Shown here: positions 50,249 through 60,221 of the stretch, in pieces
How positions within the stretch are numbered: position 1 is the stretch's first letter
Layout of the letters: each line of letters starts with the position of its first letter
DNA from: an uncultured Aquiluna sp.
GTDB lineage: Bacteria > Actinomycetota > Actinomycetes > Actinomycetales > Microbacteriaceae
Direction of reading: 5' to 3'
Length of the DNA: 64,000 nucleotides
Assembly: GCA_913775595.1 (NCBI GenBank)
Contig: CAJYLB010000001.1
Span: forward strand, 930,001 to 994,000
Made by a program: the position numbers and the translations under genes
Notes under the pieces: model-generated
What the model was told of the DNA's origin: nothing
Databases searched by the model: none
Seen by the model: the letters and a program-made list of their open reading frames with translations, nothing else

Positions 50249-50264
50249 TTGTAAACGCTTACAA
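50249..50264. promoter_or_regulatory. LacI-family operator 1
   Basis: TTGTAAACGCTTACAA near-palindrome with central CG. Confidence 0.75.
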
Positions 50265-50316
50265 CGATAACAAGTGCGTAACAAACGGCATCTGCCCCCA
50301 GAATTTAGCACTATTC

Positions 50317-50330
50317 TGTAAACGATTACA
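50317..50330. promoter_or_regulatory. LacI-family operator 2
   Basis: TGTAAACGATTACA, one mismatch to operator 1. Confidence 0.7.
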
Positions 50331-50426
50331 TACGCGAATTTATTGGCAAAAGCCCGCATTTTGCCGCTTCTTCAGTGGAATTTCACCTGCAGCCAACAGC
50401 AAGAATCAAGGCCTAAGATTTCGCTC

Positions 50427-52085
50427 ATGACCCACGCCTCAGCTCCATCCGCAGCGCCTGAAAAATGGTGGCGCAATGCAGTCATCTACCAGATTTACCC
50501 CCGCAGCTTTGCTGACGGGAACGGAGATGGCATGGGAGACCTCAAGGGCGTTGAGGCAAGACTTGAAGCGCTTAGCGACCTGGGTGTCGATGCGATCTGG
50601 TTCTCACCATTTATGACCTCTCCCCAAAAGGATGCCGGCTACGACGTCAGCGACTACACGGACATTGACCCACTTTTCGGGACACTTGCGGACTTTGACG
50701 ACGTGTTGGCCAAGGCCCACAAGCTTGGCCTCAAGGTAATCGTGGACCTGGTGCCAAACCATTCTTCGAGTGAGCACCCGCTCTTCAAGGCAGCACTTGC
50801 ATCGCCCAAGGGTTCCATGGAGCGTAGCTACTACCACTTTGCAGATGGCAAAGGTGAGACTGGGGAGCTTCCGCCAAACAACTGGCAGTCAGTATTTGGA
50901 GGACCGGCCTGGACCAGGACCAAAGATGGCCAGTGGTATCTACACATCTTCGATTCCTCCCAACCCGATTTCAACTGGGACAACCCCGAGGTTGAGAAGT
51001 TTTTCCACTCGGTGCTGAGGTTCTGGCTGGACAGGGGCGTTGATGGCTTCAGGGTGGACGTTGCCCACGCGCTAATCAAAGAGTCAGGACTCCCAGACGT
51101 CGACGAGCTCACCAGCTCGATGACCGGAAGCGAAGACCAGCCGACAGAGGATAAGCCTCACCCCCACTGGGGCCAAGAGGGTGTGCACGACATCATCAGA
51201 GGTTTCCGCAAGGTCGTCGACGAATACGAGAACCGGGCCATGGCTGCAGAGGCCTGGATATTGCCGCTGAGCAAGATGGCCAAGTGGGTGAGGGAAGACG
51301 AATACCACCAGGCCTTTAACTTCGAATACCTAGCCACCGAGTGGGAGGCAAAGCGACTCAAAGAAGTTGTCGAAGAGTCGCTAGAAGAGTTTGGAGCGGT
51401 TGGGGCTCCCAGCACCTGGGTGCTTTCGAACCACGATGTGATCAGGCACGTAACCCGGCTCTCATATGACGAGATTCCCAAGCAGGGCGATGGCATTGGT
51501 CCTGACTACCCCCAACCAGACGAGGCCAAAGGCCAAAGAATTGGACGTGCCGCGAGCGCCTTCATGCTCGGTCTTCCTGGCAGCAGCTACCTCTACCAAG
51601 GCGAAGAGTTGGGCCTGCCAGAGCACACCACCTTGGAACCCGAATACCGCCAGGACCCAACCTTCTTTAGAACCAGTGGCGAGCGAGTCGGTAGAGATGG
51701 CTGCAGGGTGCCTATTCCCTGGGAGGCGGACTCCCCGGCATTTGGTTTCAACGAGACCGGAAAGAGCTGGCTGCCTCAGCCAGAGAACTACCGCAGCTAC
51801 AGCCGAGACCAGCAGGAAGGCGTCGCGGGCAGCACACTTGAGCTTTACAAGAGACTCCTTAAGGTTCGCAAGGAGCTCTCGCTCGGTGACGGAAGTCTTG
51901 ATTGGGATAAAAGGCTTTGCTCCGACTCCACCCTCGCCTACAAAAACGGTTCGGTGCTGGTTGTTGCCAACTTTGGTCCCGACTCACTAACCCTCCCAGC
52001 CGGAGAGGTGCTTGCCACCACGCAGCCCGATCTGGGTGTTGAAGGGATGCTTGAGCACGACCAGGTTGCCTGGATTAAGCTCTAA
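50427..52085 (+). CDS. GH13 alpha-glucosidase (paralog 1)
   Basis: WWRNAVIYQIYPRSFAD, DLVPNH, DGFRVDVAH, AEAW, SNHD, YQGEELGL, GRDGCRVP; ATG 50427 lies 7 nt after TAAGAT. Confidence 0.9.
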   Translation: MTHASAPSAAPEKWWRNAVIYQIYPRSFADGNGDGMGDLKGVEARLEALSDLGVDAIWFSPFMTSPQKDAGYDVSDYTDIDPLFGTLADFDDVLAKAHKLGLKVIVDLVPNHSSSEHPLFKAALASPKGSMERSYYHFADGKGETGELPPNNWQSVFGGPAWTRTKDGQWYLHIFDSSQPDFNWDNPEVEKFFHSVLRFWLDRGVDGFRVDVAHALIKESGLPDVDELTSSMTGSEDQPTEDKPHPHWGQEGVHDIIRGFRKVVDEYENRAMAAEAWILPLSKMAKWVREDEYHQAFNFEYLATEWEAKRLKEVVEESLEEFGAVGAPSTWVLSNHDVIRHVTRLSYDEIPKQGDGIGPDYPQPDEAKGQRIGRAASAFMLGLPGSSYLYQGEELGLPEHTTLEPEYRQDPTFFRTSGERVGRDGCRVPIPWEADSPAFGFNETGKSWLPQPENYRSYSRDQQEGVAGSTLELYKRLLKVRKELSLGDGSLDWDKRLCSDSTLAYKNGSVLVVANFGPDSLTLPAGEVLATTQPDLGVEGMLEHDQVAWIKL

Positions 52086-52087
52086 CA

Positions 52088-53710
52088 ATGGCATCTCACG
52101 AGCCGACGAGCGGCTCAGAATGGTGGCGCTCTGGCGTTATCTACCAGGTTTACCCGCGTAGCTTTTTGGACTCCAACGGTGATGGCATGGGAGACCTTGC
52201 TGGCATTACACAGGGCCTAGATGCGCTCAAAGAACTCGGGGTTGATGCCGTTTGGCTCTCTCCGTTTTATCGCTCCCCCCAAAAAGACGCCGGTTATGAC
52301 GTCAGTGACTACAAAGATGTAGACCCGCTCTTTGGAACACTCGAGGATTTCGACCGGATGCTCGAGCGTGCCCATGAGCTTGGGCTCAGGGTCATGATTG
52401 ACCTTGTGCCAAACCACAGCTCTGACCAGCACCAGTGGTTCCAGAACGCACTGAATTCACCGAGGGGATCCAGGGAACGCAGCTTTTACCACTTCGCAGA
52501 CGGCAAGGGTGAAAACGGAGAGCTGCCACCAAACAACTGGGTTTCAATGTTTGGAGGTCCGGCGTGGACCAGAGCCCATGATGGCCAGTGGTACTGCCAC
52601 CTCTTTGACTCTTCCCAGCCCGACCTGAATTGGTCAAACCCCGAGGTCAAACGCGAATTCGAAAAAATCCTCAGGTTCTGGCTCGATAGAGGAGTCGATG
52701 GCTTCCGGGTAGATCAACCCCACGCGATGGCAAAGCAGCAGGGCCTGCCAGACCACCCTTACGTGGCTGAGGCAGGTGCAGGGTTTATCGAGGGACGCGA
52801 GGCTCCGCCGATGTGGTTCCAAGAAGAGGTCCACGAGATCTTTAGGTCTTGGCGCAAGATCTTGGATGAGTACCCCGGTGAAAGAGCGATGTGTGGTGAG
52901 GCATATGTGCTTCCGCTAAGCCTGATGGCGAAGTGGGTAAGAGCTGATGAATTCCACCAGACCTTTAATTTCAGATTTCTGGACGCCGGTTGGAGTAAAG
53001 AGGCACTTGTGGCGGCAATCAACGAGAGCTTCGAGGCCTTCGATGCCGTGGGAGCGCCGAGCACCTGGGTGCTCTCAAATCACGACGTGATTCGTCACGC
53101 ATCAAGGTTCGGCGGAGACTATGGCCGCGCCACAGCCTCAGACGGTATTGGTCCGGATAACCCGCAGCCCGACAACGAGCTTGGCTTGCAAACGGCAAGG
53201 GCGGCAACGCTATTTATGCTTGGCCTCCCTGGCGCGAGCTACCTGTACCAGGGTGAAGAGCTCGGCCTTCCAGAGCACACCACTCTCGCCCCGGAGCACC
53301 GGCAAGACCCAACCTTTGCAAGGACCAACGGTGCGCGAGTAGGTAGAGACGGCTGCCGAGTTCCGCTGCCTTGGGCAGAGGGAGGTCCCTCAAATGGCTT
53401 CTCTGAGGCTGCCGGTTGGCTCCCCCAGCCTGAGGCTTTTGCGCACCTATCAAGGAAGTCGCAGGATGGCCTCCGGGGGTCAACCCTTGAGCTATACAAG
53501 TCAGCGCTGCGACTAAGAAAGAAGCTCGCCCTAGGTGAGGGCAGCTTTGATTGGGTGCTGTTAGGCGATGTTCTCAGCTACAAAAACGGCAACATCACCG
53601 TGGTTCACAACTTTGGAAGTGACCCTTGGCCCTTAGGGGGCAAAGCAATTATTCGCTCTGCAAACAAAGAGGGGCCTCTCGAGCCAAACGAGACTGCCTG
53701 GGTTATTTAG
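52088..53710 (+). CDS. GH13 alpha-glucosidase (paralog 2)
   Basis: WWRSGVIYQVYPRSF, DGFRVDQPH, GEAY, SNHD, GRDGCRVP. Confidence 0.9.
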   Translation: MASHEPTSGSEWWRSGVIYQVYPRSFLDSNGDGMGDLAGITQGLDALKELGVDAVWLSPFYRSPQKDAGYDVSDYKDVDPLFGTLEDFDRMLERAHELGLRVMIDLVPNHSSDQHQWFQNALNSPRGSRERSFYHFADGKGENGELPPNNWVSMFGGPAWTRAHDGQWYCHLFDSSQPDLNWSNPEVKREFEKILRFWLDRGVDGFRVDQPHAMAKQQGLPDHPYVAEAGAGFIEGREAPPMWFQEEVHEIFRSWRKILDEYPGERAMCGEAYVLPLSLMAKWVRADEFHQTFNFRFLDAGWSKEALVAAINESFEAFDAVGAPSTWVLSNHDVIRHASRFGGDYGRATASDGIGPDNPQPDNELGLQTARAATLFMLGLPGASYLYQGEELGLPEHTTLAPEHRQDPTFARTNGARVGRDGCRVPLPWAEGGPSNGFSEAAGWLPQPEAFAHLSRKSQDGLRGSTLELYKSALRLRKKLALGEGSFDWVLLGDVLSYKNGNITVVHNFGSDPWPLGGKAIIRSANKEGPLEPNETAWVI

Positions 53711-55797
53711 TCAGCGAATTCTTTTCTTGGCCACCAGAACTTCTTGCCTGAAATAAAGGCAAGAGCGGGAACGATGATTGTTCTAACGAGCAAGGTGTCA
53801 AGCAGCACACCGATACCCACAATGGTTCCAACCTGGGCAAGTGCGATGAGCGGCAAGACGCCCAACACCGTAAACACTGCGGCCAACAAAATTCCAGCAG
53901 AGGTTATGACGCCGCCTGTAGCACCAAGCGCCTTCTTCATACCCTCGCGTGTTCCCAGAGTTCTCGCCTCTTCTTGAGCCCTGGTCACCAGGAAGATGCT
54001 GTAATCAACACCCAGTGCAACCAAGAACAGGAATGCCAAGATCAAAACGGTTAGATCGAGGGCCGGGAAGCCATATATGTATTGGAAGATTAGCCAGCTA
54101 GCTCCCAAGGCAGAGAAGAACGATCCGACTACCGCAATCATCAAGAAGATTGGTGCCGCCAAAGACCTAAGCAGCAAAATCAGAATCAAGAACACGGAGA
54201 TCAAAATCAGCGGCACCAGAAGCGCCTGGTCTCTTGCGGTCGCGTCCGTCACATCAAGCGTGGATGCGTCCTGACCTCCAACTAGCGCCGTGACTCCCTC
54301 CGGAAGCTCATCTAGAGTGACCCTCAAATCCCGAACCACCTGCAAAGCCTCATTTGACTCGGGCTCCGCATCAAGTACCAGCCTCAGCTCTGAGTAGTTT
54401 CCATCGCTCTGACCCTCGGAGATTTCTGCTACTCCCGCAATGTCTACAAGCTCCCTGGCCTCGTCCAAGTACTCGCTGTCCACCACCACGATGGTCGGCG
54501 TTGCACTACCGGCGGGGAATGCGTCGGCAAGCACCTCTTGACCCAAGACTGCCTCGGGCTTCTCGATGAAGATTTCGGTTGCGCTCAGACCGTTCTTGAT
54601 GCCAAGGCCTCCTGAGGCCAAGCCGCCGAGGACCGCAACTCCAATGGCGGCAACGGCGAGAGGCTTCTTGGAGACCGCCCTACCTAGCTTTGTCCAGATG
54701 GACTTCTCATAGGGATTCTTTCCGCCCACTCTTGGAACAAACGGCCAGAAGATCCAGCGGCCAAATACGACCAGGGCCGACGGCAATACCAACAGTCCTG
54801 CAACCATGGCGACCACGATTCCGACCGCTGAAACCAGACCGAGAACCTGCCTACCCTCAATCTCGGCAAGAAGCAGTAGCGCCAGCGCAACCGCGACGGT
54901 TGAGCCGGATGCCAGGATCGCAGGTCCTGCCCCGCGGATCGCAATGCGCATTGCCTCGCGGCGGTCCTCAAAGTTCAAAAGCTCCTCGCGATAGCGAGCA
55001 ATGAGCAGCAACGCGTAGTTGGTGGCCGCTCCAAACACCAGAACCGACAGGATTCCTGTCACCGAACCATCTGGAACGAAGCCCAAGAAGTCGGCCACGC
55101 GTCTTGCCAAGATGCCCGCCATTCCGTCAGCGGTGCCAACCACCGCAAGCGGAATAAGCCAGAGCACTGGTGAGCGGTAGGTGACAAGGAGCAGGACGGC
55201 GACGACTCCGGCCGTGAAGGCAAGCAGCAGGAAATCAGCACCCTCAAAGATCGAGCCGACGTCTTTGATAAACGCCTCAGGACCTGTGACATAAACATCA
55301 ATGCCTGCTGGCATGTCCTCTGGTGCGAGCTCTCGCATGGTCTCCACGCGCTCAGTGGTGAGCTCGAAGTCATCGGTCGCATCGAGAGGGATAGTGATCA
55401 GTGCTGTCGTGACATCCTCAGAAATCGCGGCTGGAGGCACAAACTTCTCCCCCATCACCTCGGCATTTGAAAACTCAAGAAACTTCTCGTTTGCCCCGCC
55501 CGCGGGCATCATCTTTTGGGGGTCGAAGGTTCCCTGAATCCACTCGAGCTGAGACTCGGTGAACTCGGTGTCGGAGAAGTAGACAATGAATGCCGCGGAA
55601 CCCTCCACCACATCGAAGTTCTCTTGGATCTTGGCCACCTGGACGCTCTCAGCGCTGTCAGAAAGTCCATTGGTTGGTGTGGTTTCGGTGGCCTCTAGCG
55701 GAAGCCCTACAAAAGCAAAAACTGCGAATCCGAGAGCAACCAGCATGTTCAGAGGAGCGGTTGCCTTACCGGTCAGGTATTTCAAAAGGGTGTTCAT
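53707..55797 (-). CDS. MMPL family (RND-type) transporter
   Basis: LVFGAATNYALLLIARYREEL, FLVALGVDYSIFL, GGVITSAG, DTLLVRT. Confidence 0.88.
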   Translation of the reverse strand: MNTLLKYLTGKATAPLNMLVALGFAVFAFVGLPLEATETTPTNGLSDSAESVQVAKIQENFDVVEGSAAFIVYFSDTEFTESQLEWIQGTFDPQKMMPAGGANEKFLEFSNAEVMGEKFVPPAAISEDVTTALITIPLDATDDFELTTERVETMRELAPEDMPAGIDVYVTGPEAFIKDVGSIFEGADFLLLAFTAGVVAVLLLVTYRSPVLWLIPLAVVGTADGMAGILARRVADFLGFVPDGSVTGILSVLVFGAATNYALLLIARYREELLNFEDRREAMRIAIRGAGPAILASGSTVAVALALLLLAEIEGRQVLGLVSAVGIVVAMVAGLLVLPSALVVFGRWIFWPFVPRVGGKNPYEKSIWTKLGRAVSKKPLAVAAIGVAVLGGLASGGLGIKNGLSATEIFIEKPEAVLGQEVLADAFPAGSATPTIVVVDSEYLDEARELVDIAGVAEISEGQSDGNYSELRLVLDAEPESNEALQVVRDLRVTLDELPEGVTALVGGQDASTLDVTDATARDQALLVPLILISVFLILILLLRSLAAPIFLMIAVVGSFFSALGASWLIFQYIYGFPALDLTVLILAFLFLVALGVDYSIFLVTRAQEEARTLGTREGMKKALGATGGVITSAGILLAAVFTVLGVLPLIALAQVGTIVGIGVLLDTLLVRTIIVPALAFISGKKFWWPRKEFAD

Positions 55798-55853
55798 TTT
55801 TTCTCCAGTTGTACCGCTTAGATAACCCCGCGACTACCGGAAATAATCCCCCG

Positions 55854-56456
55854 CTAGTTCAGTAGCTGGGAGATTTGATCCACGTGCTCTGCCGAAATCT
55901 GGTGTCCACCCGGATGCGTAAAACGAGTAACCTCAGCGCCTGCTTCTCTCAGCTCTCGCTCAAAGATCTCAGAGATGGGCTCTGGGGCATACGGATCTTG
56001 CAACCCGTTTGCTATGAACACCCGCTTAGAACTCAAGTTGGCTGGTTTTTCGCTAAGTGGCTTGGTGGAGCCAAATGCGACCACTGCTACCAGGCTGCCC
56101 GGGTGCCGAATGAGGGTTGCAAGGGCAGTGTTGGCGCCATTGGAAAAACCACAGGCGAAAACGGCTCCCGCATCAAAGCCATATTCATCGCTCGCGGCAT
56201 CTAAGAACTCGGCCATTTCAGATGCCGCCCGAATCACGGAGGCCTCTACGAACTCACCTGAGGGTGTTCTCTCGAAGAACCGATTCATACCGTTTTCATT
56301 CACCAAACCCCTTGGAGATAGCAGGTTGTTGTTCGGGGTGAGGCGCTCACCCAGTGGAATTAGGTCGTGCTCATCGGCACCTGTTCCGTGCAGCAGCAGT
56401 GTGGTCGTCTTTGCACTCTTGTCTATCCAGAGGTGCGGGCGGGATAGGGCTGACAA
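55854..56456 (-). CDS. Carboxylesterase/phospholipase-type alpha/beta hydrolase
   Basis: LLLHGTGADE, SPRG, GFSNGAN, GGHQI; usual partner of Mhq dioxygenases. Confidence 0.85.
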   Translation of the reverse strand: MSALSRPHLWIDKSAKTTTLLLHGTGADEHDLIPLGERLTPNNNLLSPRGLVNENGMNRFFERTPSGEFVEASVIRAASEMAEFLDAASDEYGFDAGAVFACGFSNGANTALATLIRHPGSLVAVVAFGSTKPLSEKPANLSSKRVFIANGLQDPYAPEPISEIFERELREAGAEVTRFTHPGGHQISAEHVDQISQLLN

Positions 56457-57395
56457 CTAAACCTCGATTCTTGGAAGGCTTGCCTGGATTTGCTCCCTGG
56501 ATGGCTCTAGCCAGGGAGGGAGCCTTAGGGCCCGTCCGAGCTCTAGCAGGGGCTCATCAATGTCAAAACCTGGGCTGTCGGTTGCGATCTCAAAAAGGAC
56601 CCCACCTGGCTCGCGAAAGTAGATGCTCTTGAAGTACTGCCGGTCCATGATTTCAGTCACTGGAATCCCCTGACTGGTGAGCTCATCGCGCCATGACTCC
56701 ATTGTTTGAAGATCGGGAGCACGAAATGCCACGTGGTGAACCGTGCCACCAGCCTGCAGGCCTCTATCGCTAACACCTGCCTCAACCCGAACCATTGCTC
56801 CGCTTCCCCCTTGTCCCATCTCGAATTGGGCGGCAGAGGTGGTCTCGGTCGAGGTCTGCATACCCAGGAACTCGGTGAGCATGATGGCGGTTGGCTCAAG
56901 CTGAGCTTCGCTGAAAGTCACGGAGCTGAGGCCCTTGATCGCGTGTTCTTGTGGAATACCCGCTTTGCCATCCCAGCCGGACCTGACATCTCCCTCGACA
57001 CCAACTAGCTCCAAACCCATGCCGTCATAGTCGCGAAGCAAAATCTTCTCTTGACCGTCCGATGTTGAGATGCTTTCCCGCTCTACATCAAGAGACCTAA
57101 GCCACTCATTCCACCAGCCAAGAGATTCACGTGGGATCGCGAGGGAGGTAGCAGTCGTTAGCCCGGCACCCTCCTTGCCCTGCCTAATCCCCGGCCACGG
57201 AAAGAAAGTCAGCAGTGACGAAGGAGATCCCTGCTCATCTCCGTAGTAGAGGTGCCAGACATCGGGAGCGTCGAAGTTGACGGTTTGCTTCACCAGCCTC
57301 AGGCCCAAGACCTTGGTGTAAAAATCAACATTCTTTTGGGGATCGCTTGCCAATGCGGTGACGTGGTGAAGGCCGTGGGGGCGGATGTTTGTCAT
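56457..57395 (-). CDS. Ring-cleaving dioxygenase, glyoxalase family (MhqO/MhqA-like)
   Basis: GLHHVTA, LVKQTVNFD, LTFFPW, GTVHHVAFR, DRQYFKSIYFREPGGVLFEIATD; start ATG 57395. Confidence 0.9.
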   Translation of the reverse strand: MTNIRPHGLHHVTALASDPQKNVDFYTKVLGLRLVKQTVNFDAPDVWHLYYGDEQGSPSSLLTFFPWPGIRQGKEGAGLTTATSLAIPRESLGWWNEWLRSLDVERESISTSDGQEKILLRDYDGMGLELVGVEGDVRSGWDGKAGIPQEHAIKGLSSVTFSEAQLEPTAIMLTEFLGMQTSTETTSAAQFEMGQGGSGAMVRVEAGVSDRGLQAGGTVHHVAFRAPDLQTMESWRDELTSQGIPVTEIMDRQYFKSIYFREPGGVLFEIATDSPGFDIDEPLLELGRALRLPPWLEPSREQIQASLPRIEV

Positions 57396-57449
57396 GGCTA
57401 ACTCAACCAGTTGAGGTTGCTTAGATTCCAGAGCTGAAACATTTCGTAA

Positions 57450-57535
57450 TGGTGGCAAGTGAGGGATTCGAACCCCCGTAGGCATACACCAGCTGATTTA
57501 CAGTCAGATCCCTTTGGCCGCTTGGGTAACTTGCC
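57450..57535 (-). tRNA. tRNA-Tyr (GTA)
   Basis: GGCAAGTTACCCAAGCGGCCAAAGGGATCTGACT-GTA-AATCAG, long variable arm, GGTTCGAATCC, ends CTTGCCACCA. Confidence 0.96.
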
Positions 57536-57596
57536 GTGCGCTAGGCGCGATTAGAAAGACTACCCGATTTTCAAATTGTAAAGTAGCGGTAAAAGC

Positions 57597-57610
57597 CATA
57601 AGCGTTTACA
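57597..57610. promoter_or_regulatory. LacI-family operator 3 (autoregulatory), overlapping -10 TACAGT
   Basis: Reverse complement TGTAAACGCTTATG matches operator 1 core at 12 of 14 positions. Confidence 0.6.
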
Positions 57611-57619
57611 GTCTTTTAC

Positions 57620-58648
57620 ATGGTTGGCATCGTCGAGGTCGCGCAGCGCGCCGGAGTCTCGACCGCCACGGTTTCCAGGGCACTAAACGGCAAGTCCCAC
57701 GTCTCAGCCAGAGCGAGAGAGCGGGTGCTTAAAGCAGCCCAGGAGCTTGGCTACGTGGCCTCCTCGTCTGCCTACACTCTTGCAACCGGCCGCTCGAAAA
57801 ACATCGGCGTAGTGATGCCGTTTGTTGCCACCTGGTTTTTCTCAACCGTTCTAGAGGGTGCGGTGAATGCACTTGTAAATCGCGGCTATGACGTCACGCT
57901 CTATAACCTCTCGGGAGGCTCCGGTCACCGCAAACGAGTCTTTGAAGACCTCGTTCTTCGCAAGCGCGTCGACGGAGTATTGACCGTGGCGCTCAAGGTC
58001 TCCGACGAGGAGCTCAAGCGTCTTACGGATCTCAAGAAGCCAATCGTGGGTATTGGTGGGCCGATTCCAGGTGCAAGGTCAATCAGCATCGACGATGAGG
58101 GCGCCGGAAGACTTGCAACCCAGCACCTCATTTCGCTGGGCCACACCAAAATCGGCATGATCTCGGGTAACCCGGCAAGCGAGATGGACTTTCACCAGCC
58201 CTACCTAAGAAAGACCGGCTACCACGAGGCCCTGCTGGATGCGAACCTCGACTTTGTTCCCCAGTGGATGGCGGAGGCTGACTTTACAGTCGCAGGTGGC
58301 TACAACGCTGCTAAGCAGATGCTCGGAGACCCACGGAATGCCCCTACTGCCATTTTCTGCGCAAGTGATGAAATGGGATATGGAGCCATCCAGGCCGCCA
58401 GAGATCTTGGCCTGAGAGTTCCTCAGGACATTTCAGTCCTTGGGATTGACGGTCACCCGCTTGGCATGTTCTACGGCCTCTCAACAATCGATCAAAAGAC
58501 CGCGGATCAGGGCGAGCATGGTGCCAATTGGATTGTTGACATCTTGGAGTCGGGAGACGACAAGCAGCTTGCAAACATCGAGCAGCTCACCACCTGGCCT
58601 ATCGACCTAAACATCCGCTCCTCAACGGCAAGACAAGCAAAGGACTAA
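57620..58648 (+). CDS. LacI family transcriptional regulator
   Basis: [52 protein letters not shown]. Confidence 0.93.
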   Translation: MVGIVEVAQRAGVSTATVSRALNGKSHVSARARERVLKAAQELGYVASSSAYTLATGRSKNIGVVMPFVATWFFSTVLEGAVNALVNRGYDVTLYNLSGGSGHRKRVFEDLVLRKRVDGVLTVALKVSDEELKRLTDLKKPIVGIGGPIPGARSISIDDEGAGRLATQHLISLGHTKIGMISGNPASEMDFHQPYLRKTGYHEALLDANLDFVPQWMAEADFTVAGGYNAAKQMLGDPRNAPTAIFCASDEMGYGAIQAARDLGLRVPQDISVLGIDGHPLGMFYGLSTIDQKTADQGEHGANWIVDILESGDDKQLANIEQLTTWPIDLNIRSSTARQAKD

Positions 58649-58650
58649 AA

Positions 58651-59139
58651 ATGGCAGATTCATCATTCGACATCGTCAGCAAGGTTGACCGCCAAGAGAC
58701 CGATAACGCCCTAAATCAGGCGGCCAAGGAGATCCAGCAACGCTATGACTTCAAGGGGACCGACGCCGAAATCTCTTGGAGCGGAGAAAGCATTTTGATC
58801 AAGGCAAACTCCGAGGAGCGCGCCAAGGCGGCACTCGATGTCTTCCAGACCAAGCTCATCAAGCGAGGCATTTCGCTAAAGTCTCTCGAGTCCTCCGAGC
58901 CCCAGCCCTCGGGCAAAGAATTCCGCATCACCTCAACGATGAAAAACGGTATTGACCAAGAGAACGCAAAAAAGATCTCCAAGATCATCCGCGACGAGGG
59001 CCCAAAGAGTGTAAAGAGTCAGATTCAGGGTGATGAGCTCAGGGTCAGCTCCAAGAGCCGGGATGACTTGCAGGCTCTAATTGCCCTACTTCGGGGCAAA
59101 GACCTCGATGTTGATCTGCAGTTTGTGAACTACCGCTAG
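58651..59139 (+). CDS. yajQ: YajQ family nucleotide-binding protein
   Basis: [40 protein letters not shown]. Confidence 0.95.
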   Translation: MADSSFDIVSKVDRQETDNALNQAAKEIQQRYDFKGTDAEISWSGESILIKANSEERAKAALDVFQTKLIKRGISLKSLESSEPQPSGKEFRITSTMKNGIDQENAKKISKIIRDEGPKSVKSQIQGDELRVSSKSRDDLQALIALLRGKDLDVDLQFVNYR

Positions 59140-60212
59140 CCCATAGCCAGGTAGCCGGTTCCAGAGCCGAGAACCGAAAAATAAGCCGCATCTGCAAAAT
59201 AGGCAGCCTCGCCCTGACGAAGGCTGAGTGAGTCCTCTTTGGATGTCGAGATAACGAGTTCTCCCGCGACACAAACTGCAATTGCCCGCCCCCTAAGCGG
59301 AACATCTATCAGCATGTTGGCCCCGCTCGGTTCAACCCGATAGAGGCTGAAGTCCTCGGCCAAAGTCTCATACTCGCTCAGCCCGCTCGTGAGCTCGCGA
59401 GATTTAACCACGGGGTCCGCAAGCTCGCTGAAGTCCAAGATCTGCATCAGCTCGGGCTTATCGATTGGCTTACTCGTGAGACCCCCACGAAGGACATTGT
59501 CAGAAGCCGCCATGACCTCAACCCCAAGCCCGGACAGATAGGCGTGGATATTTCCGGCAGGCAGATAGAGCGCTTCTTTTGGACTCAGCACGACATGGTT
59601 CATCAAGATTGTCACCAGGAGCCCCGGGTCGTTTGAATGTGCTGCCGAAATATTCCTTATGAGCTCTGCCCGAGAACCAAGAACATCGGCAGCAGCCAAT
59701 AGCTTGCTTACAAGCTCCGCTTGTGCATCTAAGGCGAAGCGAGTGGCGCCCTCGAGACCGCTGGTTGCAAGCGATGTTAGCCAGGGCGAAAAGGAATCGT
59801 CAGCCCGTGCCAAGAGCTCAAGGTCGCTCTGGATTGCTCCAACTTCCCTAAAGCCACACAGCGCCTCAAATTCAGTGACCGCAACTATGACCTCGGGCTT
59901 GTGGTTGGGATCTGTGTAGCCGGGGTAGGCCTCGGCAAAACGCTTTGCCGCATGCTCCCTTGTTGGGTGTGCCTGAATTGACAAAGGCGCCGCTGCCGCG
60001 AGGAACTTGACCAGAAAACCAAGGGGTTCTTCTCTATCTGCAAGGCTTCCGCCCTGCGGGTCTACTACCTGAGCCGGCGAACCCGGGTGAGTGCCAAACC
60101 AGAGTTCAGCCTGGGGTGTTCCATCTGGCTCGGTACCGAGAAGGTGTGGGATGAGCTCTTGAGAACCCCAGGCGTAGGTCCTGGGTGTGTTGGTGAGCTT
60201 GAGCAGTGTCAC
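59136..60212 (-). CDS. manA: Mannose-6-phosphate isomerase, class I
   Basis: [51 protein letters not shown]. Confidence 0.93.
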   Translation of the reverse strand: MTLLKLTNTPRTYAWGSQELIPHLLGTEPDGTPQAELWFGTHPGSPAQVVDPQGGSLADREEPLGFLVKFLAAAAPLSIQAHPTREHAAKRFAEAYPGYTDPNHKPEVIVAVTEFEALCGFREVGAIQSDLELLARADDSFSPWLTSLATSGLEGATRFALDAQAELVSKLLAAADVLGSRAELIRNISAAHSNDPGLLVTILMNHVVLSPKEALYLPAGNIHAYLSGLGVEVMAASDNVLRGGLTSKPIDKPELMQILDFSELADPVVKSRELTSGLSEYETLAEDFSLYRVEPSGANMLIDVPLRGRAIAVCVAGELVISTSKEDSLSLRQGEAAYFADAAYFSVLGSGTGYLAMG

Positions 60213-60221
60213 CCGCCCAGA

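Noticed and set aside
50268..50284. TAACAA direct repeat at 11-bp spacing in the malE promoter
   Set aside because: Too short in an AT-rich region to support a regulator call without comparative data.
50159..50426. N-terminal extensions of malE (to 50359) and the first GH13 (from 50343) in the ORF track
   Set aside because: They overlap each other and the operators. Better starts are TTG 50158 (SD, lipoprotein signal) and ATG 50427 (-10 hexamer).
44397..57449. 13-kb sugar/MMPL/dioxygenase block between tRNA-Thr and tRNA-Tyr as an integrated genomic island
   Set aside because: No integrase, no duplicated tRNA 3' end seen, and the cognate LacI lies on the other side of tRNA-Tyr.
57396..57485. 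Dioxygenase ORF extending into tRNA-Tyr
   Set aside because: Artefact of longest-ORF calling. Family homology begins at ATG 57395.
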